The notes beneath the pieces were generated by a model. The model made no database searches. It was not told the DNA's origin and saw only the letters and a list, made by a program, of their open reading frames with translations. From an uncultured Clostridia bacterium (GTDB taxonomy: Bacteria > Acidobacteriota > Aminicenantia > UBA2199), in NCBI GenBank assembly GCA_964633415.1, contig CAZWFY010000008.1:1898-65897 (forward strand): a DNA stretch of 64,000 nucleotides, written 5' to 3'. The translations under genes and the position numbers were made by a program. Of this stretch, positions 29,191 to 39,752 are shown in pieces; within the stretch, counting starts at the first letter, position 1, and each line of letters opens with the position of its first letter.

Positions 29191-32100
29191 TTATCCGAAG
29201 ATAATCTCAACACTATTTTCACCTGTCAGTTTTTCAATATCTTTTTTCATTGAAACTGTAGGTTTCAGATCATATCCGTCCACCTTTATAACGGTTTTCT
29301 CATTCTTTTCTCTGTTAACAACCACAAGGTAACAAGGTGTTGAATCTTTATGATTTGATAATTTAACTTTAAGTTTTTCTGAAAAGGTCTCATCAAGATC
29401 ATCATAATCTATTTTTATCATTATTTTTCTTGCATTTTTTTTTAAAAAATTCTCCAGCTCGACCAACTCTTCAAGATAAATATTCTTTGCGGAATCTCCA
29501 TTCTCAGGAAGTCTTCCTTTTAAATAGTATGGACGGTCAACCTCAATATCATCTTTCAATTCATCCCATGAGAGGCTTCCGTTGTTCCCGTTTTTATAAT
29601 CGGGTCGCCTATTCTTCTTGCTGAATACAAGTATTTTGATCCTTCCCGTGAGATCCTCAAAAAAGAGCTCCCCGTAAAACGTCCCTTTTCTTGATTTTCT
29701 GTTTGTAAATGAAGTGACGACACCTCCTATCCTGACGACATCTCCTTTAAAATCTCCACTGTTTATTGCAGCTATTGTAGTATTTGAGATCTTTTTAATT
29801 TCTCTTTGAAATTTCTCCAAAGGATTTCTTGTAATATAGATTCCGGCAACTTCCTTTTCCCCCTTGATCATCTCCCTTTCACTCCATTCATCCAATTTTA
29901 AATTTTCCTTTGGAATGACAATATTTCGAATAGGATCTTCCGCAAAAAGAGATTTCTGATTTTTTAAAAGATATTTTTCAATAATTGATGCTTGTCTTAA
30001 CACATCTTCAACACTTAAGAAAAGAGAGCACCTCTTCATTCCAAAGCTGTCAAATGCTCCCGCCTTGACTAAACTTTCAACTACTGCTTTATTTACCTTT
30101 CCTGTCTCAATTCTTAAAATAAAATCAGAGAAATCTTTAAATTCTCCACCACTCTTTCTTGCTTTCAAGAAACTTTTTATAGTTGCTTCACCAACATTTT
30201 TTAATCCCTTTAAACCGAATCGAATCTCATTTTTGGATTCAACCCTGAAATTTTCAAAACTTTTGTTTATATCCGGAGGCAATATTTTTATCTTCATTTT
30301 TTTACATTCTGAAATATACTGGATTATTTTGGAATCGGTTGACGTTTTATCAGATTCGGCACTCAAAAGAGCAGACATGAAATAGACAGGAAAATGAACT
30401 TTTAAATAAGCGGTCTGATAGGCAAGATATGCATAAGCTGTTGAATGGGATTTATTAAATCCATACTCGGCAAATGTACTCATTTGGGAGAAAAGCTCTT
30501 CGGATTTAATTTTATCAAAACCTTTTTTTTCGGCTCCTTCAAGAAAACTTTTTTTAACAGCAGGAAGTTTTTCAGTCTGCTTCTTTCCCATTATTTTTCT
30601 CATCTCATCGGCTTTGCTCATCGGAAATCCGGCAATCACCTGCGATATCCTCATTACCTGCTCCTGAAACACAATAACGCCATAAGTATCTGACAAAATA
30701 TCCTTTGTTTCCGGAAAGATATAGGAAACTTTTTCCTGCCCCAACTTTCGTTTAACATATGTATCAGCCATTCCGGTTCCAAGCGGTCCCGGTCTGTACA
30801 ATCCATTCAAAACAGCCAGATCTTCAAATTTTTGAGGTTTGGATCTTTTAAGAAAATCTCTCATCCCGAAACTCTCAAACTGAAAAATACCATCGGTAGC
30901 ACCATTTTGAAAAAGTTTGTAGGTCTGTTTATCATCAAGGGGAATTTCATATAGATCAAGATCAATATTTTCCCCTTTTTTTATCGATCTAAGTATTTTT
31001 TTTATAATGGTAAGAGTTTTCAATCCCAGAATATCGAGTTTCAACAGACCAATCTCTTCAACTTCTTCTTTTTCAAATTGAGTGACTATTTTATCTTTTG
31101 CTTTATATAGAGGCATAAACTCCGTCAATTTTTTTGGAGCAATAACAACACCTGCCGCATGCATTCCGGTATTTCTTATATTATTCTCAAGCTTAAGAGC
31201 ATAATCCATTAGTTTAGCAGCCTCATCAACCCTTTTAACTTCATTTTGCAACTCTGAATTATTCTCAAGTTCATGTCTCAAACTAACCTTAGGTCCGTCC
31301 GGAATCAATTTTGCCAATCTATTTACATCGGTTAAAGGTATCTCTAAAACACGTCCTGTATCGCGGATTGCTAATTTTGCCTTCATTTTACCGAAAGTAA
31401 CTATTTGAGCTACATTTTCCTTCCCGTATTTATCTTTAATATAATCAATAACATCCTCACGCCTTTCCGGATCAAAATCCAGATCAATATCAGGAAGAGA
31501 AATACGATCGGGATTAAGAAATCTTTCAAAGATCAGATCATATTGAAGCGGATCAATTCTCGTAATACCCATTGTATATGCAACAAGGCTTCCGACAACC
31601 GAACCTCTTCCCGGTCCGACGGATATATTGTTATTATGGCAAAAACGGATTATATCCCACACTATTAAAAAATAGCCGGGAAACTTCATCTCTCTTATCT
31701 TTTCAATCTCATAACTTAATCGTTTTTCATATTCCGGAATATTCTTCTTTTCCTTCTCAAGTTTAGGTTTAAGGTTTTCAAAACCTTTGCGACAAATTGT
31801 TTCAAAATATCCGTCAATAGAATAATCTTCAGGAACCTTAAACTCAGGTAAAAAATATTTTCCGAGTTGAAAATCAAAATTACACTTTGCAGCAATTTTC
31901 AATGTTTCATCTAATGCATCTGGATACTCGGAAAACAGCTCTCTCATCTCTTCGGAAGATTTAAGATACATCTCATCCGTCTGTTTTTTCATTGCTCTGT
32001 CTTCATTGCTTAAAATCTCATTTGTCTGGAGACAGATTAGTATCTCTCTTGCATCAGATTCCTCTTTTGTAAGATAGTGAACATCATTTGATGCTACAAG

Positions 32101-32703
32101 GGGTATTGCAAGCTCCCTTGATAGTTCCACAAGTTTAGGAAGTACTTCAAGCTGTTTATTTAATCCGTGGTTCTGTATCTCAATATAAAAATCATCTCCG
32201 AATACATCTCTGTACCATTTTGCAGCTTCATATGCTTTATCCTCCCTTCCTATCAGCAGGTTATACGGTATTTCTCCCTGAATACAGGCGGATAATACAA
32301 CAAGACCTTCTCTGAATTTTTTTAAACTATCTTTATCAATCCGCGGTTTTCTGTAAAAACCTTTTACAAAAGAGAGTGAAATCAGTTCGGAAAGATTTTC
32401 ATAACCTCTATTGTTCTTAACCAATACAATTAAGTGATGATAATTTACCTCTCTTTTTGACCTGTCCGGTCTATGTGCCATATCAAAGGGCGTCAAATAC
32501 ATCTCCGCACCTATTATAGGCTTTATATCAGCTTTAATTGATTTTTTATAAAAATTAACAGCTCCAAGGATATTGCCATGATCTGTAAGTGCAACCGCCG
32601 GCATTTCAAGTTTTCTTGCTCTGTTGACAAGTTCCGGGATTTTCAGATTGGAATCAAGAAGGCTGTATTCGGAGTGAAGGTGAAGATGAATAAAATTTTT
32701 CAT
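29191..32703 (-). CDS. dnaE: DNA polymerase III alpha subunit
   Basis: 1170 aa. PHP domain HLHLHSEYSLLDS. Polymerase core and OB-fold. Confidence 0.95.
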   Translation of the reverse strand: MKNFIHLHLHSEYSLLDSNLKIPELVNRARKLEMPAVALTDHGNILGAVNFYKKSIKADIKPIIGAEMYLTPFDMAHRPDRSKREVNYHHLIVLVKNNRGYENLSELISLSFVKGFYRKPRIDKDSLKKFREGLVVLSACIQGEIPYNLLIGREDKAYEAAKWYRDVFGDDFYIEIQNHGLNKQLEVLPKLVELSRELAIPLVASNDVHYLTKEESDAREILICLQTNEILSNEDRAMKKQTDEMYLKSSEEMRELFSEYPDALDETLKIAAKCNFDFQLGKYFLPEFKVPEDYSIDGYFETICRKGFENLKPKLEKEKKNIPEYEKRLSYEIEKIREMKFPGYFLIVWDIIRFCHNNNISVGPGRGSVVGSLVAYTMGITRIDPLQYDLIFERFLNPDRISLPDIDLDFDPERREDVIDYIKDKYGKENVAQIVTFGKMKAKLAIRDTGRVLEIPLTDVNRLAKLIPDGPKVSLRHELENNSELQNEVKRVDEAAKLMDYALKLENNIRNTGMHAAGVVIAPKKLTEFMPLYKAKDKIVTQFEKEEVEEIGLLKLDILGLKTLTIIKKILRSIKKGENIDLDLYEIPLDDKQTYKLFQNGATDGIFQFESFGMRDFLKRSKPQKFEDLAVLNGLYRPGPLGTGMADTYVKRKLGQEKVSYIFPETKDILSDTYGVIVFQEQVMRISQVIAGFPMSKADEMRKIMGKKQTEKLPAVKKSFLEGAEKKGFDKIKSEELFSQMSTFAEYGFNKSHSTAYAYLAYQTAYLKVHFPVYFMSALLSAESDKTSTDSKIIQYISECKKMKIKILPPDINKSFENFRVESKNEIRFGLKGLKNVGEATIKSFLKARKSGGEFKDFSDFILRIETGKVNKAVVESLVKAGAFDSFGMKRCSLFLSVEDVLRQASIIEKYLLKNQKSLFAEDPIRNIVIPKENLKLDEWSEREMIKGEKEVAGIYITRNPLEKFQREIKKISNTTIAAINSGDFKGDVVRIGGVVTSFTNRKSRKGTFYGELFFEDLTGRIKILVFSKKNRRPDYKNGNNGSLSWDELKDDIEVDRPYYLKGRLPENGDSAKNIYLEELVELENFLKKNARKIMIKIDYDDLDETFSEKLKVKLSNHKDSTPCYLVVVNREKNEKTVIKVDGYDLKPTVSMKKDIEKLTGENSVEIIFG

Positions 32704-34245
32704 CTACTCCCACTCAATAGTTCCGGGGGGTTTTGATGTAAGATCATATGTAACTCTGTTAATTCCTTTTACTTCATTTACTATTCTGTCTGCAACTCTT
32801 TTTAATAATTCATAAGATGCTTTATACCAGTCTGCAGTCATTCCATCTACACTTTCAACCATTCTAATTACTGCTACATTTTCATAAGTTCTCACATCGC
32901 CCATAACTCCAACACTCTTTACGGGAAGTAAAACGACAAAGGCCTGCCAGATATCATCATATACGTTAAAATTTTCCAGTTCTTCAATCAATATGGCATC
33001 AGCCGATTGAAGTTTAATGATTTTTTCCTTAGAAATATCACCTAAAATTCTTATTGCAAGTCCGGGTCCCGGGAAAGGGTGTCTATTAATGAATTTTTTA
33101 TCAAGCCCGAGTTCATGTCCAAGTTCTCTGACCTCATCTTTAAAAAGTTCTCTGAAAGGTTCTATAAGATCCCATTTTAACTTTTTTGGAAGACCACCCA
33201 CATTATGATGGCTCTTTATAGTGGCAGAAGGACCCTTTACGGATACCGACTCAATCACATCCGGATAGAGTGTCCCCTGTGCAAAAAATCTAACTTTTCC
33301 AATCTTTCTTTCAACTTTTTTAAATATATCTATAAAAGTTTTACCTATGATTTTTCTTTTCAATTCTGGAGAACTAACTCCTGACAAATTTTCTAAAAAT
33401 ACTTTCCCGGATTTCATACCGATAACATTCAACGAAAGATCATCTTTGAACCTTTTCATTAATTTTTTATATTCATCTTTCCGCAGAAGCCCGGTATCAA
33501 CAAAAACCGGGATCAGATTTTCTCCAATTGCTTTTTTTAAAAGTAAAGCAAGAACAGTCGAATCAACTCCTCCGCTAAGACCTAATATAATTTTCTCATT
33601 ACCGATCAAACTTCTTAATTCCTCAATTGATGATGAAATAAAATTTTCTATATTCCAGTTTGGAACCAGACGAGCGATTTTAAATAAAAAATTTGAAAAA
33701 ACTTTTTTCCCCTCTTTTGAATGAATTACTTCAGGATGAAACTGTACTCCGAAAATCTTCTTTTCTATCGACTCGATAACAGCTATTTCACTATTTTTTG
33801 TTTTACCTGTTACCTTAAACTCTTCAGGATATTGAGATATTTTATCTCCATGACTCATCCAGACATTAGAATGATCTTTGATTCCTTCAAGAAGCCCGCT
33901 TCTATCAAGTATTTCAATCTCAGCATGACCATATTCCCTCTCTGTTGCTTCAAGCACTTTCATTCCACAGAGATCTGCAATCAATTGCAATCCATAACAT
34001 ATTCCGAGAACCGGAACTCCCATGTCCAATATCCTCTTTGAAATACGAGGAGCTCCCTTTTCATAAACCGAAGATGGACCTCCCGAAAGTATTATTGCTC
34101 CGGGATCCCTTTCTTTAATGATTTTCAGATCTGTATTGAAAGGAAGAATTTCACAATATACTTTCTGTTCGCGTACACGTCTTGCAATAAGTTGGGTATA
34201 TTGTGACCCGAAATCCAGAATGATTACACTTTTTCTTATCATCAT
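32704..34245 (-). CDS. guaA: GMP synthase (glutamine-hydrolysing)
   Basis: 513 aa. GATase Cys (GICYGLQ), ATP-PPase SGGVDS motif, conserved C-terminus. Confidence 0.95.
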   Translation of the reverse strand: MMIRKSVIILDFGSQYTQLIARRVREQKVYCEILPFNTDLKIIKERDPGAIILSGGPSSVYEKGAPRISKRILDMGVPVLGICYGLQLIADLCGMKVLEATEREYGHAEIEILDRSGLLEGIKDHSNVWMSHGDKISQYPEEFKVTGKTKNSEIAVIESIEKKIFGVQFHPEVIHSKEGKKVFSNFLFKIARLVPNWNIENFISSSIEELRSLIGNEKIILGLSGGVDSTVLALLLKKAIGENLIPVFVDTGLLRKDEYKKLMKRFKDDLSLNVIGMKSGKVFLENLSGVSSPELKRKIIGKTFIDIFKKVERKIGKVRFFAQGTLYPDVIESVSVKGPSATIKSHHNVGGLPKKLKWDLIEPFRELFKDEVRELGHELGLDKKFINRHPFPGPGLAIRILGDISKEKIIKLQSADAILIEELENFNVYDDIWQAFVVLLPVKSVGVMGDVRTYENVAVIRMVESVDGMTADWYKASYELLKRVADRIVNEVKGINRVTYDLTSKPPGTIEWE

Positions 34246-34283
34246 ATTAAACTTATTTTATAAAAAAACGGATAATGTTACTT

Positions 34284-34820
34284 TTAAAGCCTCAACAAGC
34301 CGGAAGTTATCATTCCAAAGATTATTCTTGCAGTATCAAAAATATTAATCCCGGAAGCAGTAGAAATTTCCGCAATTGTTCTTTTTCCGTCAATTTTAGA
34401 AATAACAAGCCACTCAAGTGTTGAAAGAGATATCTTTCTTCTCTCATCCTTATCAATCTCATTGAAAACAGGTACAGAATCAATTGAACCTATTTTTTTT
34501 CTTAAGAGTTTCCACTCATCTATCCGACGGGCTGAATCCATAAGAATCGAAGTTACCGACTTGGTAATGGTTTTATCAACGGAAAAATCCGACTCTTCAA
34601 ACTCAAATTCCCCGATACTCCATGCTGTTAAAGTAAAAACAGCATCTTCACCTTTAAAATTTCCAACCTCGGAATGAATTATTTCACCATTTTTTATATA
34701 TATATAACCCTTCTCTCCGGTATTTTTTTGAAGAATAAATCTACCGCTCTGTTTTGAATTAGAGACCAATTGCATTATATCTGCAAGGTTAATAGATTCA
34801 AGCGACCCTTTTAAGCTCAT
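34284..34820 (-). CDS. DUF4388 (PATAN-like) domain protein
   Basis: N-terminal GSLESINLADIMQLV matches the DUF4388 signature. Start chosen at MSLKG; the supplied ORF is 10 codons longer. Confidence 0.5.
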   Translation of the reverse strand: MSLKGSLESINLADIMQLVSNSKQSGRFILQKNTGEKGYIYIKNGEIIHSEVGNFKGEDAVFTLTAWSIGEFEFEESDFSVDKTITKSVTSILMDSARRIDEWKLLRKKIGSIDSVPVFNEIDKDERRKISLSTLEWLVISKIDGKRTIAEISTASGINIFDTARIIFGMITSGLLRL

Positions 34821-34973
34821 TTGTATAGAGTTATTATAATAATTTAACAACTTTTGTCAAGCTAAATCAATCTTTTAGTGTGAAAAGTTTTTTTCTTGTA
34901 TATTAAAATGTACTATTTTCAGCCAAACTTTATTTTTATTGAAAAAAACCTTAATTTAAACTAAAATTAGATT

Positions 34974-36359
34974 ATGGAAAATAGAGAAATTGATAATGTC
35001 GGTGATTTTTTTGTTAATAAGAAGAAAGATCTGACATTAGAGGATAAGTGGGACAAGCTTTTTGAAAGCTGGATTGCAAAGGTTGAAAAGGAAAATATGA
35101 TGCTCAATCTTTTTGAGCTGAAACTATGGCTCGAATCAGCAGAATATTTCTTCTCTTCCGAATATCTTGATTCAATAATTTTTAAATATCAGACTCCTAA
35201 TATGCGAAACTATACTTTCTATATGTCTCTTTTTGTTAAAATAGCCAATAAAATTCTCAGACAACTTAAAGAACTTGATTTTAAAAAGGATAAACATCTT
35301 TTAAATTTTGAGGAATTCATTGTTGATAAAATCCTTGAAAAGGCCGGATTAAGCTCATATCCTTCTCTTACTGATCTAAACAGACCGGAGTCATGGTTTT
35401 ACAGCTTTCGTATCTTTCTTCAAAATATAAAAACCTTATCCAACGAACTTTTGAAAAACGATTCAACATCCAATAGATCTTTCGATTCTCTAAAAAAGCT
35501 TTATCACAGGGAGCTTCTAAGCAGCTCAATTCTTATTTCTTTATTAAACGGTAAATTTATTCCTCAGCTGGATAAAATTTTCCAAAAAGATATTGCAAAT
35601 ATTATTTCATCAATAAAAGATAAGGATTTAAAAAAATATATCGGAATTCTATACATTCTCTCTTTTAGAACACTTAAAATAAATAATTTTATCGAATTAA
35701 ATATAAAGAAGAGTAGAGATACTTCTATAGTAATTCCTCTTATTCTCTCACTTAAGAGAAATGTTGATTACATTGATAAATTTTACCAATCAAAATTAAA
35801 AAGATTATTTAATAAAAATAAAATTTATAGTTCTGAGGCTGATAATATTGAAAATATTTTTAATTCTTTTATTCTTGAGTATAAAAAAATATTTGATAAA
35901 GAGTTTATGCTCTATTTTGAAAAAGACGACGAGAAAACGAACAGAAGAACACTTTTGATCAATATAGTAAACATATCTTATATGGCAATTCGAGAATTAA
36001 TTGAAAATATTTCAAAATTATTCCAACCTAATTTTGAAGGATCAAATATATTTGAGAACTATCTTTCAAGAAAATCAAGGGCTGACAATATAAAGAAAAA
36101 ACTTGTGAATCTGCATACAAAGATCAATGATTATCTTACAGGTAAAGGTCCTATTACTCCTTCGGATATCTTTTTTGAATTAAATCTATTCATTGAGACC
36201 GATCTTAATTTTCTTCTTTATAAAGATTGGAATGAATTCCTTAATCACTATAATAATCTTCAGAAGTCAGATTTCACTCCTGAATTCAAACATAATCTTA
36301 ATGCATTTCACTCATTTATAACAAAAATTCTTAAAGAGCTTGTAAATAGAAAAAATTAA
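34974..36359 (+). CDS. Large hypothetical cytoplasmic protein (K/N/L-rich, all-alpha)
   Basis: 461 aa. No signal peptide, no TM segment, no motif recognised. Confidence 0.45.
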   Translation: MENREIDNVGDFFVNKKKDLTLEDKWDKLFESWIAKVEKENMMLNLFELKLWLESAEYFFSSEYLDSIIFKYQTPNMRNYTFYMSLFVKIANKILRQLKELDFKKDKHLLNFEEFIVDKILEKAGLSSYPSLTDLNRPESWFYSFRIFLQNIKTLSNELLKNDSTSNRSFDSLKKLYHRELLSSSILISLLNGKFIPQLDKIFQKDIANIISSIKDKDLKKYIGILYILSFRTLKINNFIELNIKKSRDTSIVIPLILSLKRNVDYIDKFYQSKLKRLFNKNKIYSSEADNIENIFNSFILEYKKIFDKEFMLYFEKDDEKTNRRTLLINIVNISYMAIRELIENISKLFQPNFEGSNIFENYLSRKSRADNIKKKLVNLHTKINDYLTGKGPITPSDIFFELNLFIETDLNFLLYKDWNEFLNHYNNLQKSDFTPEFKHNLNAFHSFITKILKELVNRKN

Positions 36360-36374
36360 GGAGAAAAAAAATCA

Positions 36375-36827
36375 ATGAATATCGAAAAGACTTACGTAAT
36401 GATCAAACCCGATGGAGTTCAAAGAGGGCTAATAGGTAGTGTGATTTCCAGATTTGAAGATAAAGGTTTAAAATTGAAAGCTTTAAAAATGATAAAAGTT
36501 GAAGAATCACTTGCTTCTCTGCACTACTCTGAACATAAAGGAAAAAGTTTCTATGGAGAATTGATAAAGTTCATAACTTCAGGACCGGTTGTTGCAATGG
36601 TCTGGGAAGGACCGGATGCGATAAATATAGTGCGGAAACTTGTAGGAGCTACTGCCCCTTCCAATGCTGATCCGGGATCTATCCGAGGCGACTATGTAAT
36701 ATTTACAACTTTTAATATCATTCATGCTTCAGATTCTTTGGAATCATCCGAGCGTGAAATAGGACTTTTCTTTAAAGAGGAAGAATTACTTGATTATAAA
36801 ATGGAGATTCAAAATTATCTCTTCTGA
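36375..36827 (+). CDS. ndk: Nucleoside diphosphate kinase
   Basis: NTYVMIKPDGVQRGLIG and the active-site His context (NIIHASD). Confidence 0.9.
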   Translation: MNIEKTYVMIKPDGVQRGLIGSVISRFEDKGLKLKALKMIKVEESLASLHYSEHKGKSFYGELIKFITSGPVVAMVWEGPDAINIVRKLVGATAPSNADPGSIRGDYVIFTTFNIIHASDSLESSEREIGLFFKEEELLDYKMEIQNYLF

Positions 36828-36841
36828 TAATTATTTTCTTT

Positions 36842-37735
36842 ATGACTAAAAAAGAGAGAATACTTGTTATTTTGAACCCGTCATCAGGAGTAATATCAAA
36901 AGATATTGCAACATCATATATCTTTAAAAAACTCAGACAACATTTCAGCACCGTATCTCTAATAAATTCAAACTCTCCTCAGGACGGTTACAAAATTGCT
37001 AAACAGGCTGTCAATAATTTTGATATTATTACGGCTTTCGGAGGCGACGGAACAATTAATTCAATAGCCTCCGCTCTGGTAGGAACAGATAAAATCCTCG
37101 GCGTTTTACCGGGTGGTTCGGGTAACGGACTCATAAGAAACCTAAACATCTCACTCTCATGGAGAAGAGCGACAGATACTCTTATTAATGGAGAAGACAG
37201 GTTAATAGATATCGGAAAGATTAATTCAACTCATTTCTTTAATGTAGCCGGAATCGGACTTGACGGATTCATCTCTAAAAAATTTAACAGTGAATCAAAA
37301 AGTAGAGGGATTGCTCCATATATCTACTATGCATTTAAAGGATATTTTGAAATGCCTACTTTCAAAGTAAAAATTATCAGTGATAATATTGAATTTGATG
37401 AAGAGATAAAACTGATTGCTTTTGCTAATTTCAGACAATACGGCGGAAATGCCGTAATTGCTCCATTTGCAGACCCCGAAGACGGATTGCTTGATCTTTG
37501 TATCATTAAAAACTTTAAATTTTCTAAAAGTGCATTAAATTTGAAACGACTTTTTAATGGAAATATACATAAATTTCCGTTTTACAACTCTTTTAAGTTT
37601 AAAAAAGTTACGATAATTTCAAAAAACGATCCTATTCCATCTACGATTGACGGAGAATACGGAGGCGAAGATCTTAAGGAATATAAGGTTAAAGTAATTC
37701 CAAAGGGAATTAAAATCAGATTACCAAAAATTTAA
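36842..37735 (+). CDS. Lipid kinase, diacylglycerol-kinase catalytic-domain family (YegS/BmrU-like)
   Basis: 297 aa. GGDGT motif and family architecture. Confidence 0.75.
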   Translation: MTKKERILVILNPSSGVISKDIATSYIFKKLRQHFSTVSLINSNSPQDGYKIAKQAVNNFDIITAFGGDGTINSIASALVGTDKILGVLPGGSGNGLIRNLNISLSWRRATDTLINGEDRLIDIGKINSTHFFNVAGIGLDGFISKKFNSESKSRGIAPYIYYAFKGYFEMPTFKVKIISDNIEFDEEIKLIAFANFRQYGGNAVIAPFADPEDGLLDLCIIKNFKFSKSALNLKRLFNGNIHKFPFYNSFKFKKVTIISKNDPIPSTIDGEYGGEDLKEYKVKVIPKGIKIRLPKI

Positions 37736-37740
37736 AAAAA

Positions 37741-37777
37741 AAGGGAAAACCTTTTTCAAGGTCTTCCCTTTTTTATA
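37741..37777. terminator. Imperfect hairpin flanked by A-run and T-run (possible bidirectional terminator)
   Basis: aaaaaaaAGGGAAaacctttttcaaggtcTTCCCTttttt, between the convergent lipid-kinase and exbD genes. Confidence 0.45.
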
Positions 37778-37796
37778 GTTAAATCTAAACTATTTA

Positions 37797-38222
37797 CTAT
37801 TCTGAAGAAGTTGACTGTTCTGTTACCAACCCGACAACTTCAACATTTGCTCTTTTTATCAAATCCATCAAATCTACAACTTTCCCATATTCAATTTCAA
37901 TATCCGCTTTTAAAAGAACTTTACTTTCGGAATTTTTTTCATCTTCAAAAATACTCTCGATCTTAGAGACAAGATCTTTTGCTTCGATAAGAGTGTTATT
38001 CAGATAGATCTCCCCATTTTTTTTGAGAGTGACTTCTGTCATTTTCCCCGGTTCGGGTTCAACTCTGTAATTAACCGCTTCCGGCAACTGAACAACAGCT
38101 CCTTTCTGTATCAAAGGAGTAACAACCATGAAGATAATAAGAAGAACCAGCAGGATATCACACAGGGGTACTACATTGGGTTCTGATTTTGTAGAATTTG
38201 ACCCTGTATCTCCACCGGCCAT
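37797..38222 (-). CDS. exbD: Biopolymer transport protein ExbD/TolR
   Basis: 141 aa. Single TM segment plus periplasmic domain. Confidence 0.8.
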   Translation of the reverse strand: MAGGDTGSNSTKSEPNVVPLCDILLVLLIIFMVVTPLIQKGAVVQLPEAVNYRVEPEPGKMTEVTLKKNGEIYLNNTLIEAKDLVSKIESIFEDEKNSESKVLLKADIEIEYGKVVDLMDLIKRANVEVVGLVTEQSTSSE

Positions 38223-38224
38223 GA

Positions 38225-38905
38225 TCAGTCTCCTTTACTTCTTAATTTTATAAAGTGATCAATAAGTTCCGATGAAGCATTATGCATTTCACCGGCAAAT
38301 ATGTCCACTTTATTAAGCAAAGAATTAAAAAACCAAACAGCAACGATCGCAACACCGATTCCGGTTCCGGTTGAGACCAGAGCTTCGGCAATTCCGGCTG
38401 CAACTGAACCGATACCACCGGAGCCTGAAATCGACATACTCTGGAAAGCATTAATAATACCGAAAACAGTACCGAAAAGTCCTACAAAAGGTGCTGTTGA
38501 ACCGATTGAGGCAAGAGAGTTCAAGCCTCTTTTAAATTCCTGAACATTTTTAATTGTAGCTCTGTCAATAGCCCTCTTTGCAGATTCGACCTGCTGAGCA
38601 TATGTAGCATCAGACTCTTTCTGGAACTTTAACTCATTAAGCCCGGCAACTAAAACTTTAGCCAGGTGACTATTTTTAAATCTGGCATCTGACGCCAACT
38701 TTACGGATTCTTCTATTTTCCCTTCCTGCCATAATTTCCCAATGAGACGTAAAAGAGTATTAGATTGTTTTTTGGCTTTGCTATAAACAATCAGTCTTTC
38801 AATACCTACTGCAATTGCCCACACTGACATGAGAATCATTATAACAACAACGACTCTCGGCAAAAAACTCATGTGACTCCATAATTCACCTAATTCAAAC
38901 GACAT
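38225..38905 (-). CDS. exbB: MotA/TolQ/ExbB proton channel
   Basis: 226 aa. Three TM segments, conserved C-terminal region. Confidence 0.8.
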   Translation of the reverse strand: MSFELGELWSHMSFLPRVVVVIMILMSVWAIAVGIERLIVYSKAKKQSNTLLRLIGKLWQEGKIEESVKLASDARFKNSHLAKVLVAGLNELKFQKESDATYAQQVESAKRAIDRATIKNVQEFKRGLNSLASIGSTAPFVGLFGTVFGIINAFQSMSISGSGGIGSVAAGIAEALVSTGTGIGVAIVAVWFFNSLLNKVDIFAGEMHNASSELIDHFIKLRSKGD

Positions 38906-38945
38906 AATATACCTCCTATTAGTAAGTTAAATATTGCCTATATTT

Positions 38946-39683
38946 TTATTGTCTTTGAAGATTGAATTTAACAACAACCGTAAATCTGACCGGTTTTGGT
39001 ATTCCATTAAATATATAAGGTTCATAAACCCATTTATAAATTGCATTCAAAGCTGCCTGATTCAACAATGGATGTCCCGAAACTACTCTCGCATGTTTTA
39101 CTCTTCCATATATATCGGTAACCGCTTCTATAACAACATTAGCCTGAATTCTCGATCTGAGAGCAAGAGGTGGATAAAGCGGTTTTACTCGTTTTATCAG
39201 ATTCGGTTCCTTAACCCTGGTTACATTCAGATTACTCATATCCGAAGAACCCGGACTGCCGAGAACTCCTCCGACTATACCACCCTCAACTCCACCTTCG
39301 ACTCCACCTTCAATACCTTCGTCAAGTCCGAGATCGGAAATATCCTCTTCCTGAATCTCTTCCGGAATTTCAATGGGTGCAACAAGTCTTCCCGTCATAA
39401 TCGGTTTATTTTCAATTTTCTGCTGATCTTCCTTCTTTTTTGATTTACTGGATGATTTCTTCTTTGCAGCCGGTGGTGGTGGCGGTGGCGGCGGCGGCGG
39501 GGTTGATGAAAGAAATACATTCATCACTTTAACCTCCGGCAAATTAGAATCAGCCGTCATAAGAGGAACCACTACCAATAGAATCAGAATTATTGCATGT
39601 GCAAGAAAGGATATAGGTACGGTCATCCAGGCCTTTGTTGGCTTTTTTGTTCCACTTGACTCTATCAATGAATCTCCAAACAT
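38946..39683 (-). CDS. tonB: TonB-like energy transducer (Pro-rich linker with P11 run, C-terminal TonB domain)
   Basis: N-terminal TM anchor, PPPPPPPPPPP run with a K/E linker, C-terminal TonB_C-like domain. Confidence 0.7.
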   Translation of the reverse strand: MFGDSLIESSGTKKPTKAWMTVPISFLAHAIILILLVVVPLMTADSNLPEVKVMNVFLSSTPPPPPPPPPPAAKKKSSSKSKKKEDQQKIENKPIMTGRLVAPIEIPEEIQEEDISDLGLDEGIEGGVEGGVEGGIVGGVLGSPGSSDMSNLNVTRVKEPNLIKRVKPLYPPLALRSRIQANVVIEAVTDIYGRVKHARVVSGHPLLNQAALNAIYKWVYEPYIFNGIPKPVRFTVVVKFNLQRQ

Positions 39684-39752
39684 ATAAACCTCCCGATTAA
39701 AGCTTGAATCGAAAACAATATATAATAAAATCCTAAAAAATTCAAGTTTTAT

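Noticed and set aside
38934-39443. Plus-strand 169-aa ORF antisense to tonB, and many other 60-150-aa ORFs antisense to long genes (for example 10444..10845, 18321..18761, 7825..8097, 17634..17906)
   Set aside because: They lie wholly inside well-supported genes on the opposite strand. Their compositions are odd (F/R/N-rich) and they have no RBS. They are shadow ORFs of an AT-rich genome.
39465-39505. GGT/GGC triplet run (ggtggtggtggcggtggcggcggcggcgg) that looked like a tandem repeat
   Set aside because: It is the coding strand complement of the poly-proline (P11) linker of the TonB-like gene. It is not a non-coding repeat or CRISPR-like array.
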